A stretch of 64,000 nt of DNA, taken from Iphione sp. A-MEVVRFRX5 (Eukaryota). How positions within the stretch are numbered: position 1 is the first letter of the stretch; each line of letters begins with the position of its first letter. The notes under the pieces were generated by a model. The model was not told the origin of the DNA. It was given only the letters and a program-made list of their open reading frames with translations, and did no database searches. Made by a program: the position numbers and the translations under genes. Shown one piece after another: positions 33,901 through 46,310 of this stretch. The DNA lies in assembly GCA_976226885.1 (NCBI GenBank), contig OZ320316.1, positions 36,084,001 through 36,148,000 of the forward strand, given 5' to 3'.

Positions 33901-36900
33901 CATTTTCTGCCCATACAAGCTCCTACTGCGCCTCAGTAAAATACTAATCGAACTCATTTTCTTTATCTTACTATCAATAAATTGAGAAAACGACAGCCTG
34001 TTATCCAACAGCACTCCCAAGTATTTAAACGACGATACTTCTTCTAGCATTTTGCCCTTAATTGACAATCCTAACCTGATATTCCTACCTTTGCCAAACA
34101 TCATTGTCTTTGACTTCTCTACACTCAATACTAATCCATTAGTATCACACCAGGCTGTCACACTATTTAGGGTGTGCTGAAGTTTTTTATGTAACCCCCA
34201 CGCACTAACTCCAGCTCCTACAATAGTGATGTCATCTGCATATGCTATGATTGAACAAGGATAGGCTAATTCAAATATATCATTTACCATTAACAGGAAC
34301 ATCCACGGTCCCAAAAGGGACACCTGCAGGACCCCAGCAGATATTAATTTAGGAACAGAAACTACATTGTTACAACAAACTACTTGGGACCTAATACTCA
34401 AATAAGAATTAAACCAATCCCAGACCCTACCCTCAAAGCCATAACTCCTTAACTTGTTTAACATTAACACCCAGTCAATTACATCAAAGGCTTTGGTCAT
34501 ATCCAAAAAATAGGTTCCCACGTATTTGTCCTCATTGATATTCTCGTAAATTTTATTTAATAATACTCCACAAGCAGTCATTATCCCTTTCCCTGGCCTA
34601 AAACCAAATTGATTTTGATTATGCAACCTTTCCCTGACCATATAACCATCTACCTGGGACAAAACAACCTTCTCCAATATTTTTGACACAACTGGTAACA
34701 ATGAGACTGGTCGATAGTTTGAGGGTGCAAATGGGCTATACTTCTTATAGATGGGTACTACTACAGCACGTTTCCAGGCGGCTGGGACTACACCGTCCCT
34801 CAATGACCTATTAATTATTTCAGTAAAATAATATAGTGTTGAGATCAACGCATCCTTCACAAAACGAGTCTTAATTTGCTGCAAACCAGACGGCTTGGAT
34901 AAATTTAATTTTTGGACTAATCGTGCTATGTCTCCATACCCTACCATCTCAAACTCCATCATCTTAGCACTATGACTCATTGTTACCTCATAATTAGGGT
35001 TCATCTGACTCTTCAGCTGAGCAACACTATCAATAAAAAAGGAATTAAATATCACCATTAATAGTGCCTTTACTCTCTACTTCAGTGTTATTTTGAATCA
35101 CTGCACAAAGTGAAGAAATCTATTTCTACTCATTAAACTTTGCCAACCGCATATAAATACACTAAGTTCAACTTTCCAGCCAAAGTTGAATGGTACTTCA
35201 ATACCCTGTATTGTTGCTTAGACGCCTTGATGTCTTAACTAGCTTAAAGTAAACGTTGGACCTGAAACAAATGAGTGTCCTCGAAATTGAACGCAGGATT
35301 TCCTTCAAGGAAAGAATATTTTAATTATATAAACTGATAATTATATAAATACATGTTTTCCAGCTGTTCTTCCTGGGTTGGTATGATAAGAGGGCGACAG
35401 GACCTGACATTGAGCCGAAGAGGTTGCATCTGGGTAAGCAGTTTGTTTGACGTGAGGCGAGCATTAATGAGAATCTAGAAATCTAGCATATCTGTTGTAA
35501 AGAGATGGGGTTATGTATTATAGTGCCTTTACTCTCTACTTCACAGCATCATACAATTGTTCATGAGTTTGGCCATGCTGTTGGCTTCCACCACGAACAA
35601 AAACGACCAGATAGAGATGAGTTCATCACAGTCCATCTCGACAATGTGTCCGCGGGGATGAGGTTTAACTATAAGAAGAACACTTGGAGCGAGATAAACG
35701 ACCAAGGGGTCCCGTACGATTACCGCAGCGTCATGCACTACGGTCAATATGTAAGTTTGACCGTGATGGCTTTCCTTTCACATCTAGCTATATGTAGCAC
35801 CTTTGTAATGTCTGTTTCTGGTAACATCAGTCATCCTGTATATAGCTTGTACCGGTTTCAGGAGTAAAGGGAACTTTCGTGAGGCTTTAAATTAGTAACA
35901 AGGAGATAGCCTCAAAAGAATATTCTTCACAGTGACTAGCATAGGAATAGTATTGCTCCAAATACAGCATTTCCATGACGAATAGCTAGTGACTGGTCAT
36001 GCTGAGTGTGGCGTTATCCCCATATTTGTGGAACAACCTTTATTGTGGAGATTGTCCACTATTATAGGTAGCACAAGTTCAGACAGAACATTCGAGAACA
36101 TCAATTTAGTTTTTGTCGAATCTGTATCACTCGTATCTTATAAATTCCTTGTAATACCTCTTATTCTTCTGTTTTCTACGTAAACAACTTGGGCGACAGG
36201 GATAGCCATTGTTGTACATTTAAAAAGTGACCCAAAATTATCTCGTCGTTAGCTGTTGTGGTAGCTTGCTATCATGAAGGATTGTTGGCTGCACATCTAC
36301 AAAACTTGTGCTGAATGGACGACGGCGGTTGTTTGTAAGATGAATAAGTTTCGATACTGTTACTCTAGGCATTCAGCATGAATCGTAGGAGGACGATGAC
36401 TACCAAGAATGCCTACTACCAGAACATCATTGGTACAGCACCAGGACTAAGCTACAGCGACATAAAGATGGCAAACCGAATGTACAAATGTGCAAGTTAG
36501 TAAGGATTCTTACGGAAGTAATCATAAAACATCTATATTTCGTCTATGAACAGAAAAGATGTGATAAAGAGATTGAACTAACATCAACTGGCTTTGGGTG
36601 CTGCAAAATAGGATATGTTGGCAATTACGCAAATGGCATGATGAATTTTCCTATCAACTGCTCAATTAATTTCCCACCAGACCTTGCCGAATCGGTGTAT
36701 TATAAATTTGAACATTTCTCGGGGTAGGGGTCCAGACCTCCAACCCCACTCTCCACCCCAACCCCCTTATAGCCATAGTTAAGTGATGTTCAGTCAGTTT
36801 AGTTACACACATGTGTAGTCCATCAATTCTCCATTGGTCCAGTCCAGTTTTGTAATAACATTCCTGGTATATTGACAATTTTGAACGAGCTAACAATCCT

Positions 36901-37173
36901 TCGTTGGTTTTTCCTATCGCTGAAAGGTCACTGCAATATCGAATGTCCGAAGGGGGCTATCGTCAACAAGGATTGTAAGTGTTGGTGCGCTACAAACAAC
37001 CCGAAATACCCTGTGGAAGAGTGCGATGGAACAGTCGGTAGTGGAGGCGGCGGTGAAGGAAGTGGCGATCCTGGTGGTATGTAGTAAAACCGCTGCTTTA
37101 GTTCGTTATAATTACGGTAGGTTTCTTAAGCTCTGCCACAGAAGAGAAAATAATATGCAAATGGGTATGTCCA

Positions 37174-37209
<36 letters not shown>

Positions 37210-40200
37210 AGAACATGAAAGCTGATTCATCCATGAGGTTATTTGAAATATAAGTGCTTATGTCAACGGTTTTGCTATAGGATCAGGGCTTTCGTAGTTT
37301 TAGTCTCAAATCCGCTGATGTTGGTGACATTGGTGACTATGCACCATGAATTCCTATGCACCATGAGTTTGTACATAAATTCACTAAACTCAATTGAAGG
37401 GAAATGACAAAATAGNNNNNNNNNNNNNNNNNNNNNNNNNNNNNNNNNNNNNNNNNNNNNNNNNNNNNNNNNNNNNNNNNNNNNNNNNNNNNNNNNNNNN
37501 NNNNNNNNNNNNNNNNNNNNNNNNNNNNNNNNNNNNNNNNNNNNNNNNNNNNNNNNNNNNTCAACACGACACGCTATGAAACGGGGGGAGGGGGAAGTCA
37601 GGACTCTCTGTCTTCGACAGGAATTTCCCTGCTGGTGATGCTTCATCGAAAAAAGGAAACTAGCAGATAACACTTATCCAAGAATTAATTCTTGGTAGCA
37701 CGACATCCGTAATTATCGAGTAGTGTAATTCAGAAGGCAAATAACAGTTCACAGCGAATTAAAATATCCAAAGACTCTTTACCAAAATAGTTGTCCCCCC
37801 TGTAATTTTTTTCGATGTTTTCCATGTGTAGGTGAATGCACCAACGATCACGAAAGATGCCAGGAATGGGCGGATCGTGGAGAATGTACAAACAATCCAA
37901 ACTACATGCTGTGGAACTGTGCCAAATCTTGCAAAATTTGCGGAGACGGTAAAGGATACTCTTTAACTTAACACTAACGTTAAAACAGCATGCTCCACAT
38001 TATACATCTTCATGTGCCATTGATCGAGGTGGATACCAAGGTGGATATATAGAGTAGTGTCAGTAACTCTGCTAGAGAGCTATCTTTGCCATGAGCTATC
38101 ATAGTTCAAATTGCAGTGATCACTATACATGTGGTCACAACTCATATGTCTGTGGAGAATAACCCGTCAGCGAGTAAATTATGAGCAATACTATTGACAC
38201 CGGCAACGTTTCATGTTTTCTGTGTTCTTCATGAGAGCAGATGCTGGCTGCGACAACTACAACAGTCAGTGTGAACAGTGGGCGTTGGAGGGATACTGCA
38301 TAGACCCAGACTACCAGGAATATATGAAACGATTCTGTCGACCTGCCTGTCGCGTCTGCGAAGGGGACGACGGTGGTGATGGCGGCGAAGACCCAAGTAA
38401 GATATGCATGTACAATCAGATAGCTGTCAACTGTAATGTTGAAAGTTACGAGAATTGTGCAAAAAAATGCGAAAGGTTTGTGTGACCCTTAACTATGAAA
38501 GGGTCTCTGCTTTTGCACTAAAGGAACGGGTGGGGGGGATATATAGTCTGGGGCTGGCGGTACAACTACATTAAAAGATACCCAAAAACATCAACCCAGA
38601 AATTTTCATCCCAGCAACATCTGCTGGTCTCTGGTAATGATTAGATAGAGCTATAGCAAATGCAATGAAGTATATTTTCTCATATGGCTATCAGCATATA
38701 ATGAATGTTGATGGATTCTGGGCCAACAACAACAAGCAAAACCTGAGTCAAAGACAGTATTTCACATTCTTGTAGATTAATGATATGTGATTGGTAGGTC
38801 TCTGTAGTGATGCCTCAATGGGTGGAATTCACCTGCAGATGTTTACTGACTCAGCTTGAGGTAGAAAATCCATGCTCTGGCATGTTTTCTGATTCCCTAT
38901 GATACAGGGGACAATGTCATTAGACCAATTTGCCTCCCAAGGTAAAACATGCTGATAAGAAATGTATTGTAAAATCAACAGTGTGAATGAGTTACTGCTA
39001 GCTAGGGATTAGATAGGCCTAGATGTGGCAAGGATCCATCCATCAACATATACATGTACTTGTGACGTGCAGTGTAAAGGCTTAATTTTGTTTGCTTGCT
39101 AGGGATTATACTGGTGTGATGAGGATCCACTCATTCATCTACTAGAGACATCCATTGTAATGATCTTCTACTACACTTTTATTAATAATAGCTATGCTGA
39201 AACTTCGAGGATGCTTTTTCATGTGTAATGCTGTAACGTCAACACTACAGATGTTACTTCTAGTTGGTGAATAGATATGTATTGATGTACTGGGGACATA
39301 TATATGCAATGTTATGGTCTAATGATGTTCTAATTCAGCTTGTATTGCTTTTACTTATAACGGGGAATTTTTGAACTTTTTTGTCTCCTGCATCATACTG
39401 GAGATGATGGTGATTTGCCTCATTTAGTAAAACATGCTGATAAGAAATACACTGTAAAATACACCAGTCGGCTATTCCTAATTATTGATCATGTGGGTGT
39501 GGTGAAGGTCCATGCATTGACATACTGGGGACGTACAATGTAAGATACATCAGCTCGTATTGTAGTTAGTTAGACTTGTTGATACTGTTGTTCATGTGAT
39601 CTTGGTCTGTTTCATAATGTTGAAGGTAGTACATTTATGTTATTTGTATTTTCTGCACTTTTGTGGTAAATATTAATTATGAAAAACAACGACTATACTA
39701 TACAGCCATGGAAATCAAATCTTCAAGATAGTGGGACTCAATGAACTTCAATCAAACAGAGCAAGCGCCTTTCGTACCGGCACTAGGAGGTTTTGTCAGA
39801 GAGAGAGACACACACACATATACATGAGGGGAAGATGGAAGACATAGATGTACAGAGAGAGAAACGAGAGAGAAGCAGAGAGTGACAGACAGACAAACGG
39901 AACACATTTACACCAGGACTGTCTTAGATACTCATCTTCAAACGTCCGTCAATACATGTACATATAATATATTCTAGTGTGGGACGTTTACACGGTCAAT
40001 GTTTACTAAAAATAATGTCGTGACAGAGATTCTGTTCATCTCTTTCCAAAATGTATGTTTCCTCCACTGTCGAGCTACGTCGTCCCAGTCTGTTCTTATT
40101 CAGGTAAAGAGTGTAAATTGCTAGCCCCACTGAAACCCTTGCTAATTTCCTTGCTGCATGCAAGTTTGTAGTTAGAAAATGTTTGAGAGGCACTAGCAGC

Positions 40201-41049
40201 GAAAGACAAGTGAAACTGGACAAAGTCCAAGTCTCCCATCGACAGGTCAACTTGAGCTGAAACTTTACCTTGGTATCCATTTATATTTAGTCAATTAGAA
40301 GATAATCAATAGGTATATGATTACAGGATTCATGTCATTATCATTTGATTTTGCCATAGATACAGTTAATCGTGTGATATTTATGACTGGGACAAAGAGC
40401 AAACAGCTATATGCAAAACTCCAACAGTACCTTCACCAAGTTCCAGAATTTACACTTGTCAAGTTTTGCTGAGGAAATTTGAATATTCTTAAGACTTCAT
40501 GCATAACAAAATACATGTATGTGAATGAAGAGCTCAGCTTAGAGAGCCATGTAAATATGTTGTACGCACAAGAGGAAATGTAAGTTCTTGATTCCCACAG
40601 ATTGTCAAAATCATCATTCGAGGTGCGACGAGTGGGCCAATCGAGGGGAATGTCGTATCAATCCTAACTACATGCTATGGAACTGTCCTAAATCTTGTAA
40701 ACTTTGTGGAAAAGGTGAGGTGCTTCAGGCATTCTGTTCTAATGAGTGAGTCAATGTTTTGTTAGTGTACCACCAAATTGAAATGATATTACCATGATGT
40801 AATGTGAGAATTTAACTAATCCTACTGAAATTTATAGAGAACACTGTGCGAAATACATCTCTGTAAGAAACCAATGAACCAGTTCATTACATGGATGATA
40901 TAAGGGTAGCTTTCTTCCACTGTGCAGATGCTGGCTGTGAGGACTATGATGACGACTGCCCGAGATGGAGTACCGAGGGTTACTGTAAGGACCCTGACTA
41001 CGTCGAGTTTATGAAGAGGTTCTGTCGCAAGTCCTGTTCCCTTTGTTAG
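30936..41049 (+). CDS. Secreted astacin-family (M12A) zinc metalloprotease with a Cys-rich linker and four ShK domains; 13 exons, 490 aa
   Basis: Exons 30936-30965, 31486-31567, 31768-31867, 32588-32670, 32980-33097, 35364-35433, 35547-35750, 36369-36495, 36927-37076, 37832-37948, 38241-38396, 40601-40714, 40928-41049. All introns are GT-AG, phases are compatible, and the total is 1473 nt with one terminal TAG. Motifs: EGDI prodomain, HEFGHAVGFHHEQKRPDRD, SVMHY. Confidence 0.92.
31486..31567 (+). CDS. Astacin exon 2 (VLAPNVIPEYVGPPKTIDETILKTALK)
   Basis: gtcag| ... |gtaacg; KTIDE-type prodomain start. Confidence 0.8.
31768..31867 (+). CDS. Astacin exon 3 (prodomain, IIEGDIVV)
   Basis: ctcag| ... 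|gtgagt; EGDI Asp-switch motif. Confidence 0.9.
32588..32670 (+). CDS. Astacin exon 4 (ISQHKGLRNEYYRWTDKTIPYYINNHF)
   Basis: tctccag| ... |gtaaga; RW-x3-IPY marks the catalytic-domain start. Confidence 0.9.
32980..33097 (+). CDS. Astacin exon 5 (AIMRGIAEWEKYTCIRF)
   Basis: caacag| ... |gtgagt; WExxTCIRF motif. Confidence 0.93.
33338..35060 (-). mobile_element. 5'-truncated CR1/L2-group LINE with an open 534-aa RT ORF (33454-35058), in astacin intron 5
   Basis: NYRPVSLLPVVSKILEK, QFGFRPG, DMTKAFD, GVLQVSLLGP (degenerate GVPQG), YADD, KYLG. No endonuclease domain. (CAAT)3 tail at 33338-33350. Confidence 0.92.
35364..35433 (+). CDS. Astacin exon 6 (CSSWVGMIRGRQDLTLSRRGCIW)
   Basis: ttccag| ... 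|gtaagc; CxSxVG...GC motif. Confidence 0.93.
35547..35750 (+). CDS. Astacin exon 7 (zinc-binding motif and Met-turn)
   Basis: HEFGHAVGFHHEQKRPDRD ... YDYRSVMHYG; tcacag| ... |gtaagt. Confidence 0.97.
36369..36495 (+). CDS. Astacin exon 8 (end of catalytic domain)
   Basis: AFSMN...IIGTAPGLSYSDIKMANRMYKC; ctag| ... |gttagt. Confidence 0.93.
36927..37076 (+). CDS. Astacin exon 9 (Cys-rich module and Gly linker)
   Basis: HCNIECPKGAIVNKDCKCWC...EECDG; phase 1-1. Confidence 0.85.
37416..37560. other. Assembly gap (145 N)
   Basis: N run in astacin intron 9. Confidence 1.
37832..37948 (+). CDS. Astacin exon 10, ShK domain 1
   Basis: CTNDHERCQEWADRGECTNNPNYMLWNCAKSCKIC; six-Cys ShK pattern. Confidence 0.95.
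38241..38396 (+). CDS. Astacin exon 11, ShK domain 2
   Basis: CDNYNSQCEQWALEGYCIDPDYQEYMKRFCRPACRVC. Confidence 0.95.
40601..40714 (+). CDS. Astacin exon 12, ShK domain 3
   Basis: CQNHHSRCDEWANRGECRINPNYMLWNCPKSCKLC; cccacag| ... |gtgagg. Confidence 0.95.
40928..41049 (+). CDS. Astacin exon 13, ShK domain 4 and stop
   Basis: CEDYDDDCPRWSTEGYCKDPDYVEFMKRFCRKSCSLC*. Confidence 0.95.
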
Positions 41050-41333
41050 AATACTTCTACTGCCCAAAGCTACTCAAAGCAGAAACAACAGCCAAGATGT
41101 TGATCTTATTCCGAATCCTTACTACAATAACTTAAACGAGGTATAGCAGATTAAAAATAATTGGTAAAGGTCATGTTTTCCAAAGGTCACGTGAAAGGTT
41201 TCCTCTGCTTCAACCTATAGTTTGTAGCGTGTTACCTCGAGTGCGAGGGCAGTTCGGATACACAGGTATAGGTTACCTCTCACAGGGAGGCATATATAAA
41301 CCAAATGACATGTTTATTTAGCTGCATGCACTT

Positions 41334-41352
41334 AATAAAGGTATCTAATAAA
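41334..41352 (+). terminator. Candidate polyadenylation signals of the astacin gene
   Basis: AATAAA at 41334 and 41347, about 285 nt after the stop codon. Confidence 0.55.
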
Positions 41353-44300
41353 AACGTTTAGCCTTTTATCTCAGAAACGTTTACAATCTGATGACAAATG
41401 TACTAATCATGGCCTGCATTCCCTATGCGCAATGACTGAGAATTTTCATTGAGGTACAAGTACGTGTATAGAGTTTGCCGCTATGATTATGTCATTTGAC
41501 AAGATTTTTAAACACCTGTTTTAGATGTTTTCCATTATCTAAGTCGGTATTGGTTAGAGAAATTTTCGCCCATAGCTTGTTTTTATTCATGAAGTTATAT
41601 TCCTGGTCCTGTTCCCTCATACAACCGAAGTGGAATATATAAAATCACATACGAGCATTGTGATATACATTTCTTTATGAAAATACCTACAGTATTCAGT
41701 AGGAACCCTCTATATCCAATAGAGGAACCAGTTGAATCTCCCCTTAAAGGGCAATTGCCCTTAACAGAGGTTTTTTCTCACATATTATATACTGTGGGGA
41801 CTGGCAAAGCTTGTCCTATATTCTGCGTTACACACTAGCTGAGGTGTCTGAAGCCTAAAATTAATAGTAATAGGAGCTAGGATACACATGACGTTTAATA
41901 ACTTACCTCTGATGTACTACCAAAGACTTTTATTTCAAAGAAATGTTTAGAAAACAGTTTCAATGGGCTTTGGGAGAAAAAAAAGTCACACAGGGGGCAC
42001 GTGCATGTGTATGTTTATCAGGTCAGTTGACAAGTGCGAACTGGAACGCCGCAGCCTGTGAGTAAATTTAAGTGACCTCTCGTGCACTTGGTCTATTAAC
42101 ATAAGACCTGCATAACTAAACGTCTGAAGGTATTTGTTTATAAAGAACACGTTTTGTCGGTGTATCGAAGTGCGATGGCATTGCTTATTCTCCTCGAAGG
42201 GTACCTAATATATTCGTCAGAGTTTTTCAACTGAATATTCGTTGACCACCATATCATAGGGTTGACTCTATTAGGCAGTTATTTGCATATTATGAATAAT
42301 AATTTCCCCTGAAGCTTTTTGTTATTTAGTTCAGGTAATAAGTTGGTTAATGATATTGGCTCGCGAGAAAGTATTACGAAATTTGCTAAACTATATTTTT
42401 TTGAAAGATAGTTTTTTACAGAATCCCGGGAACATAGAAAACAATGGGGTTACTCTACTTATTTTTTATTTATGCATTAAGGTCTATCCACCATTGTTAC
42501 CTTAGAGAAATTGGAGGAAAACCACCTAAAAATTGCTATGGAAAACGTGCTGCACAAACCTTTCACTATTGTAGAGGATGGTTGAGTGATTCTGCATCAA
42601 ATCAAAATCGGGAAATACTATGCATAATAATTTATGACAAGCCTTTAGCCGAGTGGTAGCTCTTCTGAGTGATACAAGTTAGCGATTCAGAGCCATTGAA
42701 GTTCAATATGCTCATTTGCTAGCCATGAATTTCCTACAAGCTGAAAGGGATAATAAATTTAGTTTTATTAGTATAAGGTAAATATGATAACCCTAACGTG
42801 ACGGGCGAACGTTTGGTCATAATGTTTTCTAGGAAAACATCTAAATTATACACAATATGCAAGATATGGATCACTAACAAATGGGGTTGGGTAATATGAT
42901 GGTTAGAGTTTTAGAGCAATTTATCAGGTACCTATACACTTCGAGGGATATCATTGGCAGGTTAGCTTGGAACGAAGGGTGACTGTATAGGGCTGTATAC
43001 TATACCATTGTCAAAGTGTCCCATCCTTAGTGTTTTCGAAAGGTGACGTTATTCGTGATTGTGTATGATCACAGGTGGCAGCACTCGAGAGGAGCTTCCG
43101 GCGATGCTGGTAAGTTTCTTTTGATTGGGGTTGTAGCATCTTTCAGCATCTAAATCACTCCGCCCCCTAGATTGTAAAATCAAGATTTTACCGTCCGATT
43201 TAAATCCGGTCCTTACAATATGATATATAATTTCCTTTCAGCCTCTGTCAGCCTGCCATTTACTTACTGTACCCGGTATACCCTATAGGTTAGTCAAGCC
43301 TAACTCTATGTCTCACTGTTAATGTAGTATATGTCCCCTGCTTCCACCCTATTAAAATGTACTTTGACCAAAAGACACGAATGCATAGTATCAAAGAGTC
43401 CTTTTCAGTGCATCCCCTGAGAAAGGAGGCACCTTCAAAACGTCACTGAAAGGTGGTACCTCCTCTTCTGACGTGCGCGCGCGTGCGTGTGTGCGTGTGT
43501 GTGTGTGTCTCTCTCTCTCTCTCTCTCTCGCGCCGTGATGTAGATTTGCGCAGTGAAACTGTGCCACCCAATTGTCTCTTAACAGGTTGATAAGGAATTT
43601 AAACGGTTATTATACTAAATGAAGCAAGAAAAGTGACAAGATTTGAGACTCTTGAAGACTGTATGTGACCAGGAAGTGTTCACACAAATTTTATAACCGT
43701 ATGAGACAGACCAAGGAACCATCGAGTAATTTCTGCCATAGAGATTATGCTGATCACATACAGCTATACAATAAAAGGTAAATCCTATAAAAATTACGAC
43801 AGGAACTAAACTTAGGATCGTTGACCTCCGCTAGGATATCCAACTCTCCTGACTTCCAGCATGGCGAAGCCACCTGGTGTTAGGTAGGGGATATGCAGCA
43901 TTGCCTTGTCAATGCCATGTTTAATAAAGTTTAAATGATTTATTTACAATTTACGGCAAAGACGCATTTTCTACAATGCATAATTGCGTAGCTGTTTTTT
44001 GGCAGCATGTTCTACAACCAATGCTCAATGCAGTTTACCCATAAGCATGCGTACTGCTCAATCTACTAAAATGTGGATGGAGGTAGCGTTTGACATCACT
44101 TTTTCAATCTAGATCATCCTAGTGAATGTAGGTATAGACATGAAACGTGAGAATTTGTTAAAAAGCTGCTGGCCTATCATATCATCAAAAGTTATTTCAC
44201 TTTAGAAGTTTGTCGGCTGACTCTATTGGCTTTGCAATACGATGCAACAAAATCAATTAAGAAAGCTAGGCTCAACGAGGGGCTCAGACCAAGTGCATTC

Positions 44301-44499
44301 ATAGTGACAAATACTAAAACGGCTTCACACTTAGCCTCTGCGCCTAACCCGTAATTGTCGCCCGGATGTGTTTTATGTTAGCCTGTTTTGTTCCCAGACA
44401 TTTTGGTTATGGGGTATGTTTGGTTCCAAACTGCAAGGCTGCCACGTCTTAGTTACTGCTAATGTTGATGACTCTGCGGGGATTTCATTTTGGGAATCC

Positions 44500-45300
44500 T
44501 ATCATTAAATTAGATGGAGGTTTTAGAACAAACAAGCAGCTTCACCACACAATCAACGAACCGTTCTATCAACGGAATCGGTAGAATATTTTGGTCTCTC
44601 AGTTCTCAATAATAGATAGTAGTATGCTACACCAGGAGGATATATGGAAGAGCCCTGTACTGATGATAGGTGAATATATTCCTGGTTAAAGATACAATGA
44701 AAATGAAATGAAAACTGTACGCCCTGTAGTATTTGCTTGTGTGCTCCACATATAAAGGGACCTACATAATCTGTATGTGGATTGATGAAAGCATCCACTG
44801 ATGGATATCGGCTTATTTCAGCAACAACTAAATGACCTTACCGATCGAATGTACAGAATATGTGGCTTTCATTTTTACATGTGCTATTGATTCTGTCCAG
44901 GACATAATTCATCAATTAGATAGCATAATATTTTTAACTTTCTTTGCTTGTGGCCATTTAAGGTGGCCTTGCAATATAGGTCCTAATGTAACCCTCCTTG
45001 TACCAATTCCTACATATGTCGAATTTTCAACATTTAGGCATAGTTCATATTCTGTACACCATCTATTCATTTGTGTTATGAATTCTGTCACCAAAATGTT
45101 TAGTATCAGCTCTGTGTCACCATGTACAACTATGCTCTGATAATCCGCATACATAGTCGTTTTCTCATATCATCTATTTTATCAATTTTATTTGTATCGT
45201 ACTGGGCTTCTTACGAGCCTGAAATTCTTAAATCGTAGCATTAGGAGAATATACAAAGATTTACCACCTGCCAATAACACCGGAAGGTTATCATTCATGA
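44500..45300 (-). mobile_element. Decayed non-LTR RT fragment
   Basis: MYADYQSIVV...RWCTEYELCLNVENS (YADD and WxxxNxLxLN-like), followed by FINPHTDY. Confidence 0.6.
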
Positions 45301-46189
45301 TCATATCAGTACAAATACATCTTGTAATTTGTTTAAATAATGTTGTGAACTAACAATGTGATCATTACAGTGTAACACTAATTTTTTAAACACTTTCTTT
45401 CCTACGAACAACTGCAAACTTTGAGGGTAGTTTCTCAGAAACCGTTCATTATATCTATCAAATATTTTAAAATTATTTCAAAAGTATTCTACATAATTTT
45501 TCTAAAAACAAGTAAGATGTTATCATTTAGAAGACCATTTATGGAATCCTGATTCGTGATAGGCTAGTTTCACTGCTTTGAGTGCTGGCTTCCCAACAGG
45601 GGTTTGAACCAACTTTCTCCATGCACTGAGCTGTCTGAAACTTTTAGTAGGGCAGGTTCAAGCATGCATGATATTTACTGTTCAATATCAGCAAATTACA
45701 GATTTGTCATAATGTATTCTAATTGTGCCACAATATTATAATCTAATGTTGTCAGAGTTTTGTTGCCTAACGATATCATAGTATTGCTTCATAGCATCGT
45801 TCTTATAATAATGCTTTACCATTATTTTTACTGGTACTAAAATCCAATACATGTACTGCCGCCATGTTATGGGAATTTTATTGGTAACCAGGACAGTTCT
45901 CACTCATCTTTGCCACTAGCTAATTGTACTAAGATGTCAAGTAGCACACGGATAACAAATATCAGAGATAATACTACTATTTGGCTTACACCTTGACCAA
46001 AAGAATCAATTATCAAATTGAAAGTGGTTCCCTCTGGATCACTATGAAACACGAATAAACGACGGGTCATAGACCAAGAATGTTTGGTGTCAATGACTCT
46101 GGTCAAGGTAGGTGGGAATCCCGAACTCTGGTGTCCAAGGATGGTGATTCAATAATCATACATAGTTGGCACATCAACCTTAAATGTAT

Positions 46190-46310
46190 TTATTTGCACT
46201 ATTCTGGGTTGTGTTGTTGTCCTGAACTCCCCTGAAGAAATGTGTTAGGGCAGCTTGGTGGGGATTCGAACCTGGTTCTCCAACCTGACAGCTTTATCCC
46301 TACATGGCCT
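46190..46310 (-). mobile_element. Possible tRNA-derived SINE fragment
   Basis: B-box-like GGTTCGAATCCC on the minus strand at 46261-46272; no tRNA cloverleaf. Confidence 0.35.

Noticed and set aside
33350-35126. 13-bp inverted match (gaaatagatttct / agaaatctatttc) around the LINE
   Set aside because: AT-rich and short enough to be chance; LINEs have no TIRs.
41744-41764. 16-bp perfect palindrome flanked by TTAA (ttaaagggcaattgcccttaa)
   Set aside because: It could be a collapsed TTAA-transposon end pair, but it is too short to support any call.
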